Below are positions 47,501 through 60,712 of a stretch of DNA of 64,000 nucleotides, piece by piece; position 1 is the stretch's first letter, and every line of letters begins with the position of its first letter. Location of the stretch: positions 493,149-557,148 of the forward strand of contig NW_014577084.1 in assembly GCF_000485595.1 (NCBI RefSeq), given 5' to 3'. Source of the stretch: Priapulus caudatus. Taxonomy: Eukaryota. The notes beneath the pieces were generated by a model, which saw only the letters and a list, made by a program, of their open reading frames with translations, was not told the DNA's origin and did not search any database. The position numbers and the translations under genes were made by a program.

Positions 47501-50500
47501 TCATATCTGTTTAAACAATTATCATGCACTTTTGCAGTACAAGAGGGCACTGCATGTGTTGAAGGAATGTATGAACATCAACCCTTCTGAACCAGTCATA
47601 CCTTTGCTTGCTGCAAAAATTTGCCTTGAACAGTTATATAAGGTAGGTTTGGCATCATATTGCTCATAGTGTGGTCAGTAACAATAGTATATGCATCAGC
47701 ATTGCAGGTATCTCTGACCACTAGCCTGTATCAGCTGTGGTAATAAAATTGTGAAAACTTACAGATGGTACACTACTACAAGCATTAGTTACTTTTTAAG
47801 ATGAGTATGTATTAAAACGATCATTTCTGAAATAAATCGATAAAATAAATCAATTTAGACAAATTTAGACCCACCTACCAGTGTACTTATTACTGATTAC
47901 ATCAGCATAAAAGTTATGAGTTCCTGCAGTTATAGGCTATAAAACATGAAGTGTGTATGAATGAGCATGAGAAATCCTTGCTCTAACAACCGTTTCGTAC
48001 ATACTTGAAGTTAGATGATGGAATCCGCTTTGCGCACCAAGTGATCAGCGTGGGAGAAAATCACGATCTGTGCTATAAAGGCTATCTTATGCTAGGCATC
48101 AGCTACAGTCTGAAATCAGATGAGGCACACATACAATCTGACCGACAGCAGTTCCAAAAGAAAGCACTAGATTCGTTTTACAGGTAGTACGTGTTTCTTC
48201 ATATGTATATTAAGGTTTAACGTGGTCATTTGTAAAATCTAACAATATTAATTCTGTAGGTAGAAAAATTTACTTTTGGCATTTAAAATTTTAATAATAA
48301 GTTTTATTGATATACATATGCTGTTTGATACAGTTGCTATGTAATCAGTATGCATAATTAAGTCATGATATATATATATATGTCAAGAGCTAATAATACC
48401 TAGAGTGTACAACGGAAAAACGGGAAAATAGTGCTATTTCACGACATGATTATTCTACTTTGCCTGCGAGTCTAGAATAATTTTATGGTACTGCATTAAG
48501 CAGAATTCTTTGCTCTCTAAAACAAGACCAACCGCTTGTCAAATAGAAACTCCTAGCGAGATATTGCTCCTAAAACCTCCCCCCAACAGGCATCCACACC
48601 GCCTCGAATCCAACATCCAGTCAGAACAACCTACACGCCTCTAAGCGTATGCTTCGTTAAACGTTCGTTTTTCCGCCAATAACGTTATGAAGAACGCAAT
48701 TTCGGGGCATCGCCTAGCCTTATCTCCCATTAATCTTTCTACAACGCTAAGCCCGTCCATGATGGAGCCCCGCAATGTGTTCTTAATAAGTTTTTACAAC
48801 GAAGCCAGTTACCTCAGTTGATAAGATACAAAATTTGGCAATCTGACACTCAATATCAAAAATCGCTCCCCAAGTGTGACGGAAACCGAATAGCTCGAAA
48901 TGCTAAGGCGTGTAGTTGCTGACTGATGTGATCGAGGCGCTGTGAGGCCTGTGGAGGGAGTGTTTATACCCGAGCCCAATAACATCCAGCCTGAACGATA
49001 ATCGTATTCGAACCAAAGCCGGTTGTCTGTTTAGAGACAAGAATTCTGCTTAAAATGCAGTAACCATAAAAATTATTCTAGAATCGCAAAAGCAACATGA
49101 AATAACATGTCGTAAAATAGCACTATTTCCCGTTTTTCGTTTGTTCACTCTAGTATATTAGCTTCTTGGATATAAGTGTGCAGGATATTTTCGGAAAGTT
49201 CATGTAACTCCACTGATGAATTTTTTAAAAATAACATAATTCGTAAGTTTTAGCGTAAGTCCAAAATAAAGTGCTAGGAGATTTGATACTAAATATCTTT
49301 TGTGTATATTTGTCAGAGCACTAGGCCATCTAGATCCAGACTACCCACTCTGTGATTCTATATTGCCTTCAGCCATGCTATATCCCGGCAGGTTCCATCT
49401 ACAACTTGAACCATCGTCAAGAAGGCCTAGATCTCCTGTAAGTGAACACAAACACTCGCTTCAACTTCTTGCCAAATCTGCTCTCTTGCAAACAACAAAC
49501 CGTAAGCATGCAAAGAATCAATTGACCTGCCCTCAACAACTACCCAGTATATCAAGTGAGCTATCTGCATTTAGCGAATTCTAGGACATCTGCAGAACCA
49601 ATTTAAAGTTACGAAAGAAACCTGTTGAGGTAACCTTAGAATAGCAGGGCCAAGCTTTAATGCCCTTCAACCAAGACTCCGTATTATAACTGTTCTATAA
49701 ACTTTGCATAACATATTATTTCGACAGTTTGGTGGCGGGCACTTTGAAGTGAAACGGTCGAAGACGTCCAAGAAAAAAATTCCAAAATTAACATTGAATG
49801 TTCAAAATATGCGCGATGAATGTATAAATCCCTATCGATGCCAATGTTTTTTGTCATGAAAATGATGTTACTGAGAGGTGGATATGTCTTTTTACAGCCT
49901 ACTGGTTTGTAAAGTGAGCTAACAGACTATCCATCGGCAACTGTATGAACGCCGTTCTTCACCTGTAAAACAAGANNNNNNNNNNNNNNNNNNNNNNNNN
50001 ATTTTATAATATTGTGTTTTAGATTCTTTGTTACAGTAATTTGACTGGAATATTTTATTACTTTTATTTGAGCGATAATCGAAAACCATAATGGCGATCA
50101 TTTAGGCGTAGCGCCATCTCTCGCCACATTTCAGACTTTCAGATCTGAAACATTTATTTTTGCATCAAAACTAACCCTGAAACAAAACAGTAAAATTTAT
50201 ATTAGTATAAAACATGAATAAGGACATTTGATCACATTTCGGTCTGTCATAAATGAAAACACTTACAAATTTTAATATTCATCTCCCTCTTCTATCACAC
50301 CCAAGGTGAGCTATAGTGTCATTGACACTTTCATTAAGATTGATTCCCTACGTGTCTATGTAGGTTATCCAAAGAGCCTGCTGAGAGAGCATATAGTGAT
50401 GTCAGGACTGTTCACTATGGCCAAGATGGAGTGGATGGAGAGTCAAGTAGGCATTACTATAATTATTTATAAATAAAAAAATACCACATCATATCCTAGT

Positions 50501-53500
50501 TACTGCATAAATGTAACACAGAAAAAAGATAATCCAAGAGAAAAATGAGGTGATGCAAGAGAGAAACGTGAACCTCTACAAATCCTCGGTCTAATGTATA
50601 TGCATCTTTTTTTCGACCCCTACAGTGATATAATCAGGGATGAGAATCTTCCGCGGATCCGCGGAAATCGCGGATTTCACAGTCCCAGGGGGTCGATTTT
50701 TTGTGAAAGTCTAAATCTGTTGAGAGAAAATTTTAGGGGGGTTAGAATGTACAAATTTTCATTTTACAGTCCAACAGTTACCTCATTTAATAACATTGTA
50801 ATATAGTTCGCTTTACAATATAAACACGGCTTAGTTCACTGTTTGAGATTGTTCAGACGTTGGCCATGTGTGTGCGTGTTATTTGACGCTGTAAGGGTGG
50901 TTGTGTATGTGTGCCGCGCGTGCTACGCTTGGCCGGATATAGTACGCGATCGATCGATCGTGTACATCAAAAGCCACCGCGTCACGGTGACCTTGAAGCT
51001 CGTTTTATGACAGAGCTGGCCCAGGCTCTCTGCGACTGTTTCACGTGGTAGGACAACGTAGGTACGAACTGTTTCCTTTCTCGCCAACGAAGTTCTGCTT
51101 TTAATTTCATATTACATAACCATAAAGGTGGTGTCGCGAGCTGCTCTTTCGGTGACCTTTGAAAACGACAAAAAAATTAATGTCGCGCGATCGCGCCCTA
51201 GCTCCTAGGGTGTTAGGAATATCTATATCGTGCGAGCAAGGGAGGATTTTTGGCAACCTTTGGCCGTAGCAAATAAAGCGTTTCCTTTCCTGATGTCTGA
51301 TCACTGTGGCCTGATCACAGACTTGCCTTGGCAGCAGGACAAGCTGCTAAAGTTGTTCAATATGATAAATATCTACTGTAGTGACCAGAAACAAATTTGA
51401 AACTGCTGGACAATGAAAACATCTTATATTATATAAAGGTTAGCCTTTGGGGACAGTGTGGAAGTTGTACATTAAAATAATTTTGTTTGCCAGAATGTAA
51501 GTAAATTTTGTATTGATTATTAATTCTAGTGTTATGATTAATGACAGTGCAAGTATATACCTCCTGCAGTGTACTGTAATATGCTCTGTAACATATTCTG
51601 TTCTGTATGTGTTCCTAATGCAATTTTAATGCCTGTAAGTTGTGAAAATTCAAAAACTTCCTGAACCCCTGACCAGGGCTTTGCCCTGGACTGACCGGCC
51701 CCAGCTACCCCCCCCGCTGGACCCCGGCTATTGTCACTTTTCAGCTGAAAACACAAGTTGTCATTCCCATCCCTGTATAATAGTGTTGATGCATGAAACA
51801 TTACAAACAGCAATCCCTGTATATTTAGCATGTCACTGTGTATCTAACGAACGTGTGCAGTGCAAAAGGTTGTATTCTGCTGGTGTTCAGAAACTGACAG
51901 ATCGTATATTTGGCAGCAGCTAATTAAATTTAGTTAATAATAACAATCTGTTATTCTGTGCAGTTGTGGGATCTGTGCGATCAGTAGCAGCCTCAAGAGT
52001 GGAGCATGCACTTTCAGAGGTTGCATCTTCTATGACCAGCTATACTCCGAAATCAGGGCCACACAAATACTGGATGACACAAACTCGCATCTGGTTGCAA
52101 CTCGGTATGTTAGATAGCTATACGAGATGTACATTGCTACAAAGATTTTTGCCAGGCATCGAGTTTTTAAAGGAACAATTTTCATATGTTACCACCAGAT
52201 TTAATCAGTTAGTGCAGTGGTTCCCAACCGTTTCACCACCAAGGACCCCTTTTATTTAAATTAATTTTCCCACAAACCCTAGGTTTTTGAAAGGTCAGTC
52301 TACTCAACAAGCCAATTTTATTAACAAGCAACATAAACAGTTTCCCCAGTTTCCATGGAGAATGTTGCCATACTGAGTTGATAATATTACAGCCAAAAGC
52401 AACGAAACATTACATTTTGAAATAAAAATTTATTGAAATAAAAATTATTGAAAAAATAATTGAAATATATTATTGAAATAAAAATTAATTTTTGAAATAA
52501 AAGTTTATCTTTAGCAGTCTTATCATGAGTAATTATACCTTTTACGCTGGAACCTCTTGAAATTTTGAACTTACCTCACAGACCCCCCCCCCCTAGTACT
52601 ACCTTTGCGGACCACCAGGGGTCCGGGGACCCCAGGTTGGGAACCACTGAGCTAGTGTGTTGTTGGTTGGCAGTATATAGATGTTTATAATTATATTTTA
52701 TTTATTGTCGTTTTATTTATTTAAATGTTGTGACTGTTTGTAGAACTACAAAGATGTCATGAAACAGCCAGGTAACGCAATTATTATTATTTTCAACAAG
52801 AGGTGGCAGCACAATGTTGCATTTCAGCAAAGAGCGTTAAAGATTGTAGTAAGAGTACCAAATTTGGGCATGTGACATCAATTATCAGCGCTCCAAGTGG
52901 TGACGGAAACCGATAGCCGAAATGCTTAGAGGCGTGTAGGTTGCTGACTGATGTGGATTCGAGGCGCTGTGATGCCTGTGGGAGGGGAGGTTTTACGAGC
53001 CAATATCTCAGCCTAGGAGTATTGTATTGACAAGCGGTTGGTCTTGTTTTAGAGAGCAAAGAATTCTGCTTAATGCAGTACCATAAAATTATTCTAGAAT
53101 CGCAGGCAAAGTAGAATAATCATGTCGTGAAATAGCACTATTTTCCCGTTTTTTCGTTGTTCACTCTAGGTATTATTAGCTCTTGATATATATGGTGTGC
53201 AGTATTTCGGGAAAGTTGCATTAAGTCCACTGATGAATTTTGTTTAAATATACATAATTTCGATAAGTTTAGCGTAGTCAATAAATGCTAGGATATTTTT
53301 GTGACTAATATCTTGTGTGTATATGTTGTCAGAGCACAGGCACTAGATCCAGACGACCCACTCTGTGAGTTCTATATTGCGCTTCAGCATGCTATAGCCC
53401 GGCAGGTGCCTCTAGCACTTGAACATGTCAAGAAGGCTCTAGATCTCTGTAGTGAACACAAACACTCGCTTCAACTTCTTGCCATGCTGCTCTCTGCAAA

Positions 53501-54015
53501 CAAACAATACCGGAAGGCATTGCAGATCATTGAGCTGGCCCTCAACAACTACCCAGATGATGTCAAGTGAGTATGCATCAGTTAGTGATATCGTGGGACA
53601 TCTGAGAAGATGTTAAAGGTTACGAAGAAACCTTGTGTGAGGTAATCTAGGATATAGCAGGGCCAGAGTTTGAATGCCTTCAACCATAGACTCTAGTTTA
53701 ACTGTTGCTAAACGTTTGCATAACATATGATTTCGATGAGTTTGGTGGCGGGGGCACTTTGAAGTGAAACGTCGAAGACGTCCAAAGAAAAAATTCAAAA
53801 TTTAACATTGAATTTTTTTCAAATATCCATATGTAAAAGTCCCTATCGATGCCAATGTTTTTTTGTCATGAATGATGTGTGGATGTCTGGTTTTACAGCC
53901 TACTGTTTGTAAAGGTGAGGCTACAGGAGCTATGCCTCGGCACTGATGAAGCCGTTCTCACCTGTAAACAGATGCTGCATAAGTGGAAGACAGATTTCGA
54001 GGAGGAAATGCTAAG
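38523..54015 (+). CDS. TTC7B: Tetratricopeptide repeat protein 7 (TTC7A/B orthologue), partial. Exons 38523-38658, 42904-43052, 43360-43528, 43919-44162, 44549-44651, 44926-45068, 46280-46343, 46754-46891, 47169-47252, 47538-47642, 48011-48183, 53333-53566, 53899-54015
   Basis: Phase-compatible exons with TTC7 motifs: LELDIEKNRC..W, EEEALLLLLIAEVMANREAVL, FERAMKFSFEDFHIWFQFALAL, HSLQLLAMLLSANKQY. Confidence 0.93.
39357..39916. repeat. Compound CA/CG-rich minisatellite with recurring ACAGTGACACACTCACACG
   Basis: Directly visible; in TTC7 intron 1. Confidence 0.9.
41481..41764. repeat. Long imperfect inverted repeat (~124-bp arms, 36-nt spacer), probably a MITE core
   Basis: Arms pair, e.g. 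GCATTTATTCCTCAAAGTGCTAGCACTAC / GTAGTGCTAGCACTTTGAGGAATAAATGC. Confidence 0.88.
42393..42560 (+). mobile_element. Degenerate CR1/L2-type LINE reverse-transcriptase C-terminal fragment
   Basis: Translates NNIKELGIDVSDDL**NIHIEKTVAKANNMLNIL, resembling the KDLG...L.W..HI....KA...LG motif; contains stops. Confidence 0.65.
45218..45512. mobile_element. Partial copy of the HINE-like family, in a TTC7 intron
   Basis: Reverse complement of 29888-30170. Confidence 0.8.
48384..49168. mobile_element. MITE with long (>200 bp) TIRs and CAAGAG termini
   Basis: CAAGAGCTAATAATACCTAGAGTG... is inverted at the other end; a cleaner copy of the right half lies at ~52860-53185. Confidence 0.8.
49317..49975 (+). 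other. Indel-rich duplicate of TTC7 exons 12-13 (probable raw long-read sequence)
   Basis: Matches 53333-53970 with scattered 1-2 nt indels and ends at a 25-N gap. Confidence 0.8.
50364..50446 (+). CDS. TTC7B: TTC7 exon 14 (out of order in this assembly)
   Basis: LSKEPAERAYSDVRTVHYGQDGVDGES; phase 2-1 bridges exon 13 (ends 54015) and exon 15. Confidence 0.7.
50635..51775. mobile_element. hAT-like non-autonomous element with 6-bp TSD
   Basis: TIR CAGGGATGAGAAT / ATTCCCATCCCTG; TSD TATAAT. Confidence 0.78.
51964..52104 (+). CDS. TTC7B: TTC7 exon 15 (out of order in this assembly)
   Basis: VGSVRSVAASRVEHALSEVASSMTSYTPKSGPHKYWMTQTRIWLQL matches the TTC7 SVAASRVEQALSEVASS motif. Confidence 0.9.
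52215..52649. mobile_element. hAT-Charlie-like MITE
   Basis: TIR CAGTGGTTCCCAACC; TSD AGTTAGTG/AGCTAGTG. Confidence 0.85.
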
Positions 54016-54319
54016 GTATTGTGCTGCAACTAATAACCAGCAAAAGTGTCTACACCCTGGCAATATAACTTTGGCAGTTCACACACTGCATAAGGCTATT
54101 AACTTGGATTAAAAACGGTTCCTGGATGTCACAATTTGTTTTTATACATACATCCTGAATAATTTGTTGTTAATGAACTGGATTTTAGTGTGTCAGCAAG
54201 TCATATATTATTGTAATAATATAATTGATAACTGTTTCTGTGTTGAACATGTTGTGTTAATTGTTGATGAAACTGCAGAAATATGTGTATTCAATAACTG
54301 TATATATATCCCTTCCATT

Positions 54320-54910
54320 TTTAACTCGCCTTGACATTGTCAAGATGAGCTATTGCCATGGGGCATCGTCCGTCGTACGTCCGTCCGTCCGTCCGTCAAC
54401 ATTTGGCTACGGTCAACGATGACTCAAGAACCGTTCGACCCACATGTTTCAAATTGCATGCAGTTGTTACTCCTATGGGAGAGGTTTGAACGTCCTATTT
54501 TGGCGCACGCCAGTCGACCTACTTTCGAGCCACGTCCACTTTTTGGCAAAAATGGAAAGGGCCATAAGTCAGTTCAGGTTCAATGGATTTTGCTCATTTC
54601 TGGTATGTGAATGAATGAGGACTGGCTCCAAAACATATCACACAGGTTTTGATTTTTTTATTATTATGCAAATTAGGTAGATTTTGGCAATTTCACTATG
54701 CATTTCAGTGTCTGCCTACGGTCAACGATAACGCAAGAACCGTTTGACCCACATGTTTCAAATTGCATGCAGTTGTTACTCCTATGGGAGAGGTTTGAAC
54801 GTCCTATTTTGGAGCACGCCAGTCAACCCACTCTCGAGTCACGCCCACTTTTTGGCAAAAATGGACATGGCCATAAGTCAGTTCAGGTTCAACGGATTTT
54901 GCTCCGACGA
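54320..54910. mobile_element. HINE/Pearl-like element, second family
   Basis: Hairpin CTTGACATTGTCAAG, (GTCC)n microsatellite and a ~309-bp internal tandem repeat. Confidence 0.72.
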
Positions 54911-54919
54911 GATGTAACA

Positions 54920-57764
54920 TATAGTTCGCTTTACATATATAAACACGGCTTATGTTCACTGTTTTGAGATTGTCAGACGTTGGCCATGTGTGCGTTTCGT
55001 CTTGGACGGCTCGTAGAGTCTGTGTGTGCTCCGGTATGTGTGCCGCCGCCCTGGCTCTACGTGGCGCGCGCCGGTGGCCGACCCGCATAGTCAGCGTCAG
55101 CCCCGCCCGCGCGAGTCCGATCGACCGCGCCGCGTGCTTACGAGTCAAGAGCCACCGCACCGTCACCGTGGACCTTGAAGCGTCGTTTTCATTGAAGTAA
55201 GTGGCACCCGCCCCACCAGGCCTGCCCAGTCGATGTTCACCCCCTGGGGGGACGGGCCGCTGGTAGGACAACGGGGTAGGGGCTACGGGAACTCGTCGCT
55301 CCGGCTCCGGTTCTGCGCTGCCGCCAAAAACCCGAAGTCTCCTGCTATTATGAATCCCATACTGCAGATCCCATTAAGCGACTAAAAGGTGGTGTGCGCG
55401 CGAGCTGTGCCTTTGTACCCTTGAAAACGATAAATAAAATTACTGTCGCGCGGATCGCGCCCCTAGCTCTGAGGGTGTTAGAATATTATATCGTAGCGAT
55501 GCAAGGAGGATTTTTGGGCAACGCTTTGGCGTAGCAATAAAGCATTTCCTTTCCTGAGTCTGATCACTGTGGGCCCTGGATCACAGACTTGCCTGTGGGC
55601 AGCAGGTACAGAGCTGCTAAGTCTGTTCAATATTGATAAAAATCTACTGTAGGTGACCGAGAAACAATTTGAAACTGCCGTGGGACAATGAACAGTCTAT
55701 ATTATATAGCTTATCCTTTGGACGTGTGGAAGTCGTACATGTAGAAAGTAATTGGTGTTGTGCAGAAGGTGTAAGTAAATTTTTGTATTGATTCATCGTA
55801 ATTCTAGTGTATGATCAGATGACAGTGCAAGGATATACTCCCGGTGCAGTGTACTGTAGACGTAGTGCTCTGTACAATTCTGTGTCTGTAATGGTGCTCT
55901 GCCCTAATCGGGCACACTTTCTATGTGCCTTAACGTTCGTGAAACAATCAACAAAACTCTCTGTCCTGAACCGCGAGCGTGCCCTGACAGTGTGAGGGCT
56001 TTGCCCTGGACCTGAGACCGCCGGCCCGCGTCGCTAGCCTGCCCCGCTCCCCCGCTGGGAACGCCCGGTCTATTTCCAAGCCTGCAAACAGCCCAAGCTT
56101 GTTCCATTCCCATTCCTGTAATAAGTAGTGGTTTGATGGCATCGGACAACATACACAGCAATCCTGTATTATTTAGCAAGTGGTCACAATGTGTATGCTA
56201 ACGAACGTGTGGCAGTGCAAAAGGTTGTATTCTGCTGTGTTCTAGAAACTGAGAGATCGGTATATTTGGCAGCAGCTAATTAAATTTAGTTTAATTAATA
56301 ACAGGATCTGTTATTCTTGCTGTCAGTTGTGGATCTGTGCGATCAGTAGCAGCCTCAAGAGTGGAGCATTGCACCTTTCAGGAGGTTGCCAAGTCTTCTA
56401 GTGACCAGCTATACTCGCGAAATCAGGGCCACCAGGGAGAATACTGGTGGGGGATGGACACCCAGGAACTCGCTCTTGTGGCTTGGCAACTTCGTGATGT
56501 TAGATGTAGCTATATCGAGATGTGAACATTGCTGACACAAGATTTGCCAGGCATCGAGTTTGTATAACGGAACAATTTCATGATGTTACCGCGGCGGACA
56601 GATTAATGCAGTAGTGCAGTGGTCCCACGCGTTCAAGCCACCGAAAGACCCCTTTTTATTTAAATTCAATTTGTCACCACGAACCCTAGGGTCTTTTGAA
56701 AGGTCAGTCTAGCTCAACAAGCCGGCAATTTTATTAACGAAGCGAACATAAAGCCAGTTTCCCCGAGTTTCAGTGGAGAATCGGTTGCAGTACGCTGAGT
56801 TATAAGTATTACAGGCCAAAGCAACGAACATTACGATGTTTGAAATAAAATTTAATTGAATATAAGAAATTGGTTGGAAACAAAGTAATGTGAGAGATAT
56901 ATTGTTGGAAGACTAAAAATAAGAGTTTTTGAAATAAATGTTTATATCGTTGCCGTCTTAGTCGTGAGCTAATTATACCGTTTTACGCTGCGGAATCCTC
57001 TTGAAATTTTGGAACTTAACCTCAGCAGACCGCGCCCCCCTAGTACTACGTTTGCGGACGGCACAGGGTCCGGGGACCCAGGGTTGGAGCCACTGAGCTA
57101 GTTGTGTTGTTGTTGGCAGTATAGTAGATGTTTATAGAATTATATCTTTGAGTTAATTGTCGTTTTATTTTACTTTAAATGTTGTGACTGTTTGTAGAAC
57201 TACACAAGATGTCATTGAAACAGCCAGTACGCAATTATTAGTTATTTTCAACTAAGAGGTGTGGCAGCATCAGATGTTGCATTTGCAGGCAAGAGCCGGT
57301 TAAAGGGGGATCGTGGTGACGTCTAGGTTTCTAGGGTGTGATGTTTCAGTCGTAACTTGGTTAAAACTTAGTGGCTGACATAAAAAGTTTCATGGTTGCA
57401 ACTCGACTGCATTAGAAATATTACTTAAAAAGATGCGTTTTAAAAACGTGAACCGGGACCTACCAGGTTTGATTGACAGCGGGGACGCGGTGGGCCGGCG
57501 CACTGCAAGGAGCGCACTCGGACGATCTGATAAGTTCTGGTGCCAAAACCCACTTCAGTCGACAGAGGCTAGCGAGACCCGGGAGCGTGTTTCTATTTAG
57601 TAATTAGAAGAGGCAGGAAGAACTGTTGTAAGTATCGTTCTAATACGACAGCATGTTAGGTTATGAATATGAATTGCACTTTGTGGACGTTTAGGCCCTC
57701 GGTCTGTAACGTCCAAAATAAATTGCAGAGGATACGGCAACTTTCTTCAAGGGTGGGGGGACAG
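54920..57764 (+). other. Indel-rich duplicate of ~50800-52840, including TTC7 exon 15
   Basis: Collinear with the clean copy, insertion-biased differences, ends at a 25-N gap. Confidence 0.8.
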
Positions 57765-57869
57765 NNNNNNNNNNNNNNNNNNNNNNNNNCTAGATTTCAT
57801 TCGATCTTTGTTAAATTTACCTACACCTATTACCTACCTACCTACTTACCTACCTAATCATACCTACGT

Positions 57870-60670
57870 GTAATATGTGTTTAGATTCTTTGTTACGTAA
57901 TTTGACTGGAATATTTTATTACTTTATTGAGCGATCATCGAAAACCATAATGGCGATCATTTAGCGTAGCGCCATCTCTCGCCACATTTCAGACTTTCAG
58001 ATCTGAAACATTTATTTTGCATCAAAAACAACCCTGAAACAAAACAGTAAAATTTATATTAGTATACAAACATGGAATAAGACATTTGATCACATTTCGG
58101 TCTGTCATAAATGAAACACTTACCAAATTTAAATATCATCTCCTCTTCTATCACACCAAGTGAGCTATAGTGTCATTGACACTTTCATTAAGATTGATTC
58201 CTAGTGTCTATGTAGGTTATCCAAAGAGCCTGCTGAGGAGCATATATGATGTCAGGACTGTTCACTATGGCCAAGATGGTGATGGAGAGTCAAGTAGGCA
58301 TTACTGATAATTATATAAATAAAAAATACACATCATATCCATAGTTACTGCAAAATGTAACACAGAAAAAACAGATAATCCAAAGAAAAATGAGGTGATG
58401 CAAGAGGAAACGTGAACTTCTACAAAATCCTCGTCTAATGTATATGCATCTTTTTTCACCCCTACAGGTATATCAGCGATGAGGAATCTTCCGCGGATCT
58501 GCGAAATCCCGATTTCACAGTCCCAGGGTCGATTTTTTGTGAAAGTCTAATCTGTTGAGAGAAATTTTAGGGGGGTTAGAATGTACAAAGTTTCATTTTA
58601 CAGTCCACAGTACCTTCATTTAATACATTGTATATTAGTGTTCGCTTTACAATATAACACGGCTTAGTTCACTGTTTGAGATTCAGACGATTGCCAGTGT
58701 GTGCGTTTATTTGACGTGTAAGTGTGTGTGTTGGTACTGTGTGCTGCGCGGTGCTACGCCCTGGCCCGATATACGTACCGCGATCGATCGATCGTGTACC
58801 ATCAAAAAGCCACCGCGTACACGCGTGACCCCTTGAAGCTCGTTTCGATTAATGAACGTATGGCCCAGGCTCTGCGACGTTTCACGGTGGTAGCGAAACG
58901 TTAGGTAACGAACTGTGTTGCCCTTCTCGCCAACGAAGTTCTGTCTATATAATCATTATACATAACCTATAAAGTGGAGGTCGCAAGGCTGCCTTTTGTT
59001 CGGTGACCCTTGAAACGACAAAAAAATTAATGCGCGACCTCAGCGCCCAACTCTCTTGGGTGTTAGGAATATTATATCGATGCGAGCCAAAGGGAGGATT
59101 TTTCTGGGCAACCTTTGTCGCGTAGCAAAATAAGAGCGTTTCTTTCCTGATATCTGATAAATGTGGGCCTGATCACAGACTCTGCTGCGCCAGCGACAAG
59201 CCGCCTAAGTTGAGTTTCCATATATGATAAAATATCTCACTGTAAGTGACGCAGAACAAATTGAAACTGCCTGGACACATTGAACATCCTTATATTATGA
59301 ATAAAGGTAGCCTTTGGAGACAGTGTGGAAGTGTACATTAAAATAATTTTCGTTTTTCGCAGACATGCTAAGAATTTTCTGTATTGATTATTAATATCTA
59401 CGGTTAGACAATGGACAGTGCAAGATATATCTCCATGCAGTGTACTGTAATATTGCTTCTGATAACAATTCTGGTTCTGTATTGTGTCTCCTAATGCCCA
59501 ATTTTATGGCCTTTGTAAGTTGTGAAATTCAAAAACTCTTCCTGAACCCCCTAGCCAGGCTTTGCCCTGGACCTGACCGCGCCGCCAGCTCCCCCCCCCG
59601 GCTGACCCCGCTATTTTTCACGGAAAACAAAGTTGTCAGGTCCCGATCCTGATATATATAGTGTTGAGTAGCAATGAAACATTACAAACAGCAATCCCTG
59701 TTATATTAGCATGTCACTGATGTATCTAACCGAACGTGTGCAGTGCAAAGGTGTATTCGGTGGTGTTCAGAAACTACAGATCGATATATTTTGCAGCCAA
59801 GCTAATTAATCTTAGTTAATAATAACAATCTGTTATTCTGTGCAGTTGTGGGATCTGTGCGATCAGTGCAGCCTCAAGAGTGGAGCCATGCACTTTCAGA
59901 GGTTGCACTCTTCTATTGACCGCTTACTCCGAATCAGGCACACAAATACTGGATGACACAAACTCGCATCTGCGTTGCAACTCGGTAGTTAGATAAGCAT
60001 TACGAGATGTACATTGCCTACAAGATTTTGCCAGGATCGAGTTTTTAAGGAACATTTTCATATTGTTACCACCACGATTGAATCAGTTGTGCAGTGGTTC
60101 CAACCGTTTGCACCACCGATAGGCCCCTTTTATTTGAAATTAATTTTCCACAAAACCTAGGGTTTTGAAGTCAGTTACTCAACAAGCAATTTTATTACAA
60201 GCAACAAAACGTTTTCCCCATCCATGGAGAATGTTCCATACCTAGTTTGATAATATTACAGCAAAAGCCAACGAAACATTACATTTGCAATAAAAATTTT
60301 TGAAAAAATAATTGAAAGTATAGTTTGAAATAAAGTTTATCTTTGCACCTTATCGTGTAATTATACTGTTCTTTACGCTGGAACATTCTTGAAATTTTGA
60401 CTTACCTCACAGACCCCCCTCCCCCCAGTACTACCTTTGCGACCCCAGGGGTCGAGAACCCAGCCTTGTGGAACACTGAAGCTAGTGTGTTGTTGGTTGC
60501 GCCAGTATTAGATGTTTATTAATTTTATTTTATTTATTGTCGTATTATTTATTTAAATGTTTGGGGCTGTTTGTAGAACTACAAAGATGTCATGACAGCC
60601 AGGTACGCAATTATATATTCGATTTTCAACCAAGAGGTGCCAGCACAATGTGCATTCAGCAAGAGCGTTA
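57870..60670 (+). other. Indel-rich duplicate of ~50010-52840, including TTC7 exons 14 and 15
   Basis: Collinear with the clean copy, with frameshifting single-base indels. Confidence 0.8.
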
Positions 60671-60712
60671 AGTGATCGTTTACTCTAGGTTCGTAGGGTT
60701 ATTTTCAGTTAA

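Noticed and set aside
47643..48010. Minor (U12-type) intron in TTC7
   Set aside because: The acceptor is weak and has a CTCTAAC motif, but the donor is GTAGGT, not the U12 consensus RTATCCTT.
54920..60670. TTC7 pseudogene or paralogue copies
   Set aside because: The error pattern and position next to gaps indicate low-quality gap-fill sequence rather than evolutionary decay.
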